Shown: positions 50,131 through 54,708 of the stretch, in pieces
Layout of the letters: every line of letters begins with the position of its first letter
Numbering within the stretch: position 1 is the stretch's first letter
DNA from: a virus
Lineage: Duplodnaviria > Caudoviricetes
Direction: 5' to 3' (one strand)
DNA: 54,708 nucleotides
Virus record (IMG/VR): IMGVR_UViG_3300049489_000161
Span: 1 to 54,708 of that record
The notes under the pieces: generated by a model
The model's database searches: none
Seen by the model: only the letters and a program-made list of their open reading frames with translations
Told to the model about the DNA's origin: nothing
Made by a program: the position numbers and the translations under genes

Positions 50131-50225
50131 ATCACAAGCCCTGAACGAGCGAGGGTCGGTGGACCCAGGCAACCGGACACAACCGTGTCCACCTGGGTCC
50201 ACCACCTACCCACAAAGGAGGGGCA

Positions 50226-50573
50226 ATGAGCCCACGTAGTACCGCAATGGAGCGCATCGCCAAGCTGCAGGAGCAGCTCGCCCAGGAAACGCAGAAGCTG
50301 CGTACCAAGGCGATCAAGGCTGCGCAGTCTGCAGTCGAGAAGGCCACCACCAAGGTGGAGTCCAAGAGCAAGCGAGTCGTGCGTCTCACCGAGTCGCAGG
50401 CCCGGGGTGCCGAGCTGCTCGACACTGCCAAGGCCGAGCTCGCTGAAGCCCAGGCTGAACTGGCCGCAGCGAAGGACGAGTACGAAGCTTTGCTCGACGG
50501 CAACGACTTCATCGAGCTCGAGCTGGATGTCGTGAGTGACAACAATGACGCTGACGCCGGCATCGACGCCTGA
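50226..50573 (+). CDS. Coiled-coil hypothetical protein
   Basis: AAGGAGG RBS; heptad-like Ala/Glu/Lys pattern. Confidence 0.8.
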   Translation: MSPRSTAMERIAKLQEQLAQETQKLRTKAIKAAQSAVEKATTKVESKSKRVVRLTESQARGAELLDTAKAELAEAQAELAAAKDEYEALLDGNDFIELELDVVSDNNDADAGIDA

Positions 50574-51345
50574 TCAAGCGATCACTCGTCTGCGCGGGCA
50601 GCTGCACGGGAGTCCGGTGTTCATCGCCGGCTCCTGTGTGGCTGCCAGTGCGCACGGACACTCGGCGTTCCACGACATCGACGTGTTCGTACCGTCTCAA
50701 GGTGTGCTGTTCACCACGATTCAGAAGCTGCTCGACCAGGGCTACTACCTGGACGACCGCTTCGATCGTGTGTGGTTCCGCTGGCAGAAGTACGGCCTCA
50801 AAGGGTGGCACACCAACTCGATGCGCATGTTCAGCCTGGACAACATCGAGACCAACATCGTGTACAAACTGGTCGACGGGCATCCGACAACCTCGTTGTC
50901 GCAGGTGCTGGAGTCATTCGACTTCGGCTTGCTCGGGGTGGGGTATGACCTGGAGCAGGATGTGTACCGAGATCTGCGTCCGTACCTGTTCCCGGGTTTC
51001 GACCCGAAGGTCGGAGGCCCGTTGCCGATGATGCCCAACAAGCGGGGCAACTGGCGCCGCGGATTCATCTCCCGGTACAACGGGTTGCGCGAAGCCGCTC
51101 GCCTGGCGAAGTACCACGGCTACGGCTACGACATGTCGTCTGTGATGGACGACATGGTGCTCGGCTACCGCATGGCTGCGGTGTACCACGGCGATCACTT
51201 CGACGCGGACAAGCAGCTGCTCGGTGAGATCTACACAGTCCTCGCCGACCGCATCGAGGCTGAGGAGTTCGACGAGCTGGCCACGGCCTACGCCACGTTG
51301 GACTTCAACGATGATCTCGATGTCATCATGGACAAACTCGAGTAG
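50536..51345 (+). CDS. Pol-beta superfamily nucleotidyltransferase (start may be ATG 50545)
   Basis: VFIAGSCV...HDIDVF (GS + DxD), later SFDFGLLGVGY. Confidence 0.8.
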   Translation: MTTMTLTPASTPDQAITRLRGQLHGSPVFIAGSCVAASAHGHSAFHDIDVFVPSQGVLFTTIQKLLDQGYYLDDRFDRVWFRWQKYGLKGWHTNSMRMFSLDNIETNIVYKLVDGHPTTSLSQVLESFDFGLLGVGYDLEQDVYRDLRPYLFPGFDPKVGGPLPMMPNKRGNWRRGFISRYNGLREAARLAKYHGYGYDMSSVMDDMVLGYRMAAVYHGDHFDADKQLLGEIYTVLADRIEAEEFDELATAYATLDFNDDLDVIMDKLE

Positions 51346-51353
51346 GTGAGTTC

Positions 51354-51539
51354 ATGAATGACGATTCACGATCGAGACACTCGTCAAGTCTGGGCTCACG
51401 CTCAGACGACGACACCGTCCTGGACCTGGTGGAACAGGACAACCAGCAGCACCAGAAGCAGCGTCAACTGAGCCTCGCTCAGCTGTACCGCAAGGCCAAG
51501 GAGCGCGGCCTGGTGCTGCCGCACACGCAGTACCGGTAA
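51354..51539 (+). CDS. Small hypothetical protein
   Basis: In operon; LSLAQLYRKAKERGL helix. Confidence 0.6.
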   Translation: MNDDSRSRHSSSLGSRSDDDTVLDLVEQDNQQHQKQRQLSLAQLYRKAKERGLVLPHTQYR

Positions 51540-51638
51540 GACCACGACACCACTGTCAGAAACAGTTGTGTCACACCCCTCATTCACACTCGTGATGAGG
51601 GATAATCGAAGGGCACACAGCCCGGAAAGTAGGTAGCA

Positions 51639-52025
51639 ATGCTGGAGATCACCAAGACCCTGGACGGCCGCACGTTCGTCGAGGGCACAGACACGAAGGG
51701 GAACTCCGGTTCCTGTGTTCTGCAGTCGGACGCCTGGGACGCCGTCCTCGCCATGCGAGCTCAGCACGCAGCGATGATGGAGTTCGATGCCACTGTTGAC
51801 ACCTTCTTCGCCCCTCTCGTGGAGGCTGCGGAGAAGTTCAACACCACTCTCACGGGTGCCAACAACCCGTGGGCCGAGGTCGTCCTCGGAGAGGACATCG
51901 AGGGTCAGCGAGCGCAGGCCATTCACCTCGACACCGAAGGTGTCCTGCTCCGTCTGCTCGACGAGACCGATGGTTCGATGCTTCGCTGGATCAACGGCGG
52001 CACCGAACTGATCGCCGTCGTCTAG
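51639..52025 (+). CDS. Hypothetical protein
   Basis: AGGTAGCAATG start context; phage codon usage. Confidence 0.8.
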   Translation: MLEITKTLDGRTFVEGTDTKGNSGSCVLQSDAWDAVLAMRAQHAAMMEFDATVDTFFAPLVEAAEKFNTTLTGANNPWAEVVLGEDIEGQRAQAIHLDTEGVLLRLLDETDGSMLRWINGGTELIAVV

Positions 52026-52101
52026 TCACCAAGATCTCACCGCCGCTCCCTGTCTCCCCCGTCGGGGAGCGGCGGTGCTTTGGTGTCTGCGGAGTTCGCT
52101 G

Positions 52102-53019
52102 ATGATTGAACAACTGATGTGTCTGTACACCATGAGCATGGCGTACGACGTCCGCTCTCCGATGCCACACATTGTGGGGCCTCCGGGATGCGGTAAGTCC
52201 ACCAGCGTTGAACAGTTGGCTGACCTGTTGGGTGTGAACTTGCACATCATCAACGTCAGCCGGCTGTCCCCGTTGGAGATCGAAGGGGTGCAAATGCCCC
52301 ACGGAACTGATGACGAGATGCGCCTGCGCATGCTGCCGGCCACGTTCTGGACTCAGTTGAAAGAGGGAGACATCCTTCTGTTCGACGAGTTCTTACGTGG
52401 GTTTCCGGAGGTGTACAACGGTCTGCTCGACATCTTCACCAGCCGCAGGGCTGGCGCGTTCCATCTGCCGAAGGTCTTCATCATCGGGGCGTCCAACTCT
52501 GTGATCGCTTACGATCCAGCGCTGGACGACAGGCTTCTACACCTGCCTGTTCGTGACCCGAGGAAGTCTCGGACCGAGCGCAACAACCTGGCGAAGATCA
52601 TGGTCGACGCACTGGGGTTGCTGCCCGACATGGCCACGGATGTGGACATGGAGGAGCTGCTCAACACCACGGTGCTGCCCATGTACGACATCCTCGATTC
52701 GTTCACGAAGAAGGGGGTGAAGGTCGGTGGCAAGCAGGGCGACGGTCAGTCGCTGCGCAAGCTGATCGGTCAAACTCAACTACGCATGGTCAAGACCTCA
52801 GCACTGAGGTCGATGATCGAGCGCAACAACCAACTGTCGATGGCAGCGAACAAACCTCAGTTCGTTCTGCTGATAGATGGCAAGAACCCGCCGGCCAACT
52901 ACATCAAGGCGGCCGAAGCACTGGTGGGTAATCCACGACTGACACCTGTTCAGGCTCTGAACCTGAGCATGAACCTAGAGCTGATCGCACTTGCGGCAGC
53001 GGAAAGTGAGGAAGCATGA
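52102..53019 (+). CDS. MoxR-like AAA+ ATPase
   Basis: GPPGCGKS, LLFDEFLR, IIGASN, DPALDDR. Confidence 0.88.
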   Translation: MIEQLMCLYTMSMAYDVRSPMPHIVGPPGCGKSTSVEQLADLLGVNLHIINVSRLSPLEIEGVQMPHGTDDEMRLRMLPATFWTQLKEGDILLFDEFLRGFPEVYNGLLDIFTSRRAGAFHLPKVFIIGASNSVIAYDPALDDRLLHLPVRDPRKSRTERNNLAKIMVDALGLLPDMATDVDMEELLNTTVLPMYDILDSFTKKGVKVGGKQGDGQSLRKLIGQTQLRMVKTSALRSMIERNNQLSMAANKPQFVLLIDGKNPPANYIKAAEALVGNPRLTPVQALNLSMNLELIALAAAESEEA

Positions 53020-53945
53020 AGCACGACATGACCATCATCCGTTTCAGCAACGACCTGGCATTCCCGACCGGGATGCTCAAAGCGATGCTGCCTGACATAG
53101 AGACCGCACTGTTCTTCGCTCAGCTGTACCAGCTGAACGCGCAAGACCTGGGTGTCCTGGTTCACACGCTGTTCAAGTCCCCGGTGGTCGAGGCACTGAC
53201 CGCTGAAGGCGGGCTGCACTCCGACCTGCTGCAGGACTACCTGGTCGAGGTCGTCCCTGATGTGGTGCGCCACGGCGACATCATCTTCGGAGAGGTCAAG
53301 CCGAAGGGCGAGATCCTGCCCGAGCTGTGGGCCTCCGCCAGGGTGGAGATCGCAGCCTCGATCCAGAAGGTGGCCGAAAAGTTGAAGGACGTGGTCACCG
53401 CACTGCCCGGCAAGAAGGGCGAGATGGTGTTCAAGTCCATGCTGGTCATGAACTCCAAGCGCCCGACGATCGGGGACCACAGAGCACAGGTGTTCCACGC
53501 TCCGCAGGAACCCAACCTCGTGGTGCTGGATGTGTCCGGCTCGATGTCGGAGTCCACGGTGGAGGCAATCGTGGGCGATGTGGTGGCGTTGAGCTGGGAA
53601 GCGGACGCTCACCTGGCCATCGTGTCCAACACCACGACCCACTGGGCACCGGGTGAGTACACGGTGGAGGCTGTGCTCAACGCCGCGGAGTACGGCGGCA
53701 CGCACTACGAGACGCTGGCTCCGCTGTTCGAGGACCAGACCTGGGGTGCGGTCATCACGATCGCTGACTACGACAGCAGTCGTGATGCCAAGAGCGCCAT
53801 CAAAGCGTGCAACGGTTCCATCGACACCGTGCTGGACATCAGCCTGGTGTCACGGCCCACGTTCCTCGCCGAGGTTGTGGGCCAATTGGCTGGAGAGGTC
53901 AAGCCGCTGATGATGGCGGCTGACAACTACAGCCTGCGTTACTGA
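53016..53945 (+). CDS. VWA-domain protein
   Basis: MIDAS motif VLDVSGSM, GGT, ITIADY; ATGA-coupled to the AAA gene. Confidence 0.85.
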   Translation: MKHDMTIIRFSNDLAFPTGMLKAMLPDIETALFFAQLYQLNAQDLGVLVHTLFKSPVVEALTAEGGLHSDLLQDYLVEVVPDVVRHGDIIFGEVKPKGEILPELWASARVEIAASIQKVAEKLKDVVTALPGKKGEMVFKSMLVMNSKRPTIGDHRAQVFHAPQEPNLVVLDVSGSMSESTVEAIVGDVVALSWEADAHLAIVSNTTTHWAPGEYTVEAVLNAAEYGGTHYETLAPLFEDQTWGAVITIADYDSSRDAKSAIKACNGSIDTVLDISLVSRPTFLAEVVGQLAGEVKPLMMAADNYSLRY

Positions 53946-54015
53946 AGTTCCTTGCAGTACACCCCCGGGCCACACGGGTCCGGGGGTTCACACCGATTCT
54001 CCAAGGAGGAGAGTT

Positions 54016-54687
54016 ATGTCCAAAGATCCGAAGAACGTCACGTTCTACGGTCGTCTGTCCTACCCGACGTTCACCGCACAAGAGGCGTACGACCGCAGCC
54101 TGAAGGGGAGCTACCCGGCCAAGGATGTGGGGTCTGCCGCACCTGACTTCCTGCTGCTGGTCAACGACACGCAGTTCAAGAAGGTGCTCGACCACTGCGT
54201 GGGAGTGTTCCTGCCCTACTGCCAGGCTCAGCACGAGGCGGGCGAGAAGCGCGATGCGCTCGACCCGAAGGAAGTCAAGCAGCTGATCGAGTCGATCCAG
54301 GGTGACCTGGCGGATCAGGTGTTCAACTCCCCGTTCAAGCTGGTGTCCGACAAGACGGCGGAGCTGGCGCCCGAGGCAGTGGCAGCGGTGAAGATCATCG
54401 GTCCCAAGGGCGGTGACTTCGAGCTGAAGGCGATCGTGAACGACGAGTCGGAACTGGCAGTGCCAGACCCCGACCTGCTGTCATTCCCGGTGCTGAAGCC
54501 GCTGGGCTCCACGACCCACGAGATCTACCCGGGTTGCGTGGTCGCAGTCACGGCGAACCTGTACGCCTACAAGAACGGCAAGCTGCCAGGCTTCAGTGCA
54601 GGAGCGAACGTGGCGGTGTTCCGTGCGGACGCCGACCGCTTCGGAGGTGGCGCCGGCATTGACACCGACGAGATCTTCCTCGACTGA
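54016..54687 (+). CDS. DUF2815/gp2.5-like single-stranded DNA-binding protein
   Basis: GRLSYP, EIYPGC, LYAYKNG..GFSAG, DRFGGG, acidic-aromatic tail DTDEIFLD. Confidence 0.8.
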   Translation: MSKDPKNVTFYGRLSYPTFTAQEAYDRSLKGSYPAKDVGSAAPDFLLLVNDTQFKKVLDHCVGVFLPYCQAQHEAGEKRDALDPKEVKQLIESIQGDLADQVFNSPFKLVSDKTAELAPEAVAAVKIIGPKGGDFELKAIVNDESELAVPDPDLLSFPVLKPLGSTTHEIYPGCVVAVTANLYAYKNGKLPGFSAGANVAVFRADADRFGGGAGIDTDEIFLD

Positions 54688-54708
54688 AGGTCTCGTTGAA
54701 GTGGCGGC

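Larger units (their letters stand above)
1..54708. mobile_element. Complete (circularly permuted) tailed phage genome, podovirus-like, probable actinobacterial host
   Basis: TerL, portal, capsid, adaptor/nozzle, fibres, lysis and replication modules are all present with no host genes. The SSB at the window end adjoins Cas4-like/PolA at the start, and a hairpin spans the junction. Confidence 0.92.

Overview
The window appears to be a complete, circularly permuted ~54.7 kb genome of a high-GC, probably actinobacterial, lytic podovirus. From memory its layout resembles Microbacterium cluster EK/EM-type phages. The + strand arm (47.7 kb, wrapping through the window end to 8.4 kb) carries early and replication genes: nucleotidyltransferase, MoxR-like AAA plus VWA, SSB, Cas4-like nuclease, PolA, RuvC-like resolvase, SF2 and SF3 helicases, and PrimPol. 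The - strand arm (47.3 to 8.4 kb) carries virion, lysis and packaging genes: a 4884-aa giant protein, portal, capsid, tail fibres/spikes, holin/endolysin, adaptor, nozzle and TerL. Main finding: the giant protein contains recognisable motifs of both halves of a two-barrel (double-psi beta-barrel) RNA polymerase. A beta'-like R-x-P...NGDHDGD lies at aa ~941-987, and a beta-like flap plus K...GNK lies at aa ~3100-3204, in beta'-then-beta order. This suggests a single-chain, virion-ejected RNA polymerase. Other candidates: a duplicated ~90-bp TGTAGACA-box element, several structured non-coding regions (one bracketed by two covarying pseudoknots), an Acb2/Tad1-like sponge protein in the lysis cassette, an unlisted acidic microprotein, a nested overlapping gene and an internal PrimPol start. 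No integrase, tRNA or CRISPR array was seen. All functional calls come from reading motifs by eye, not from database searches.
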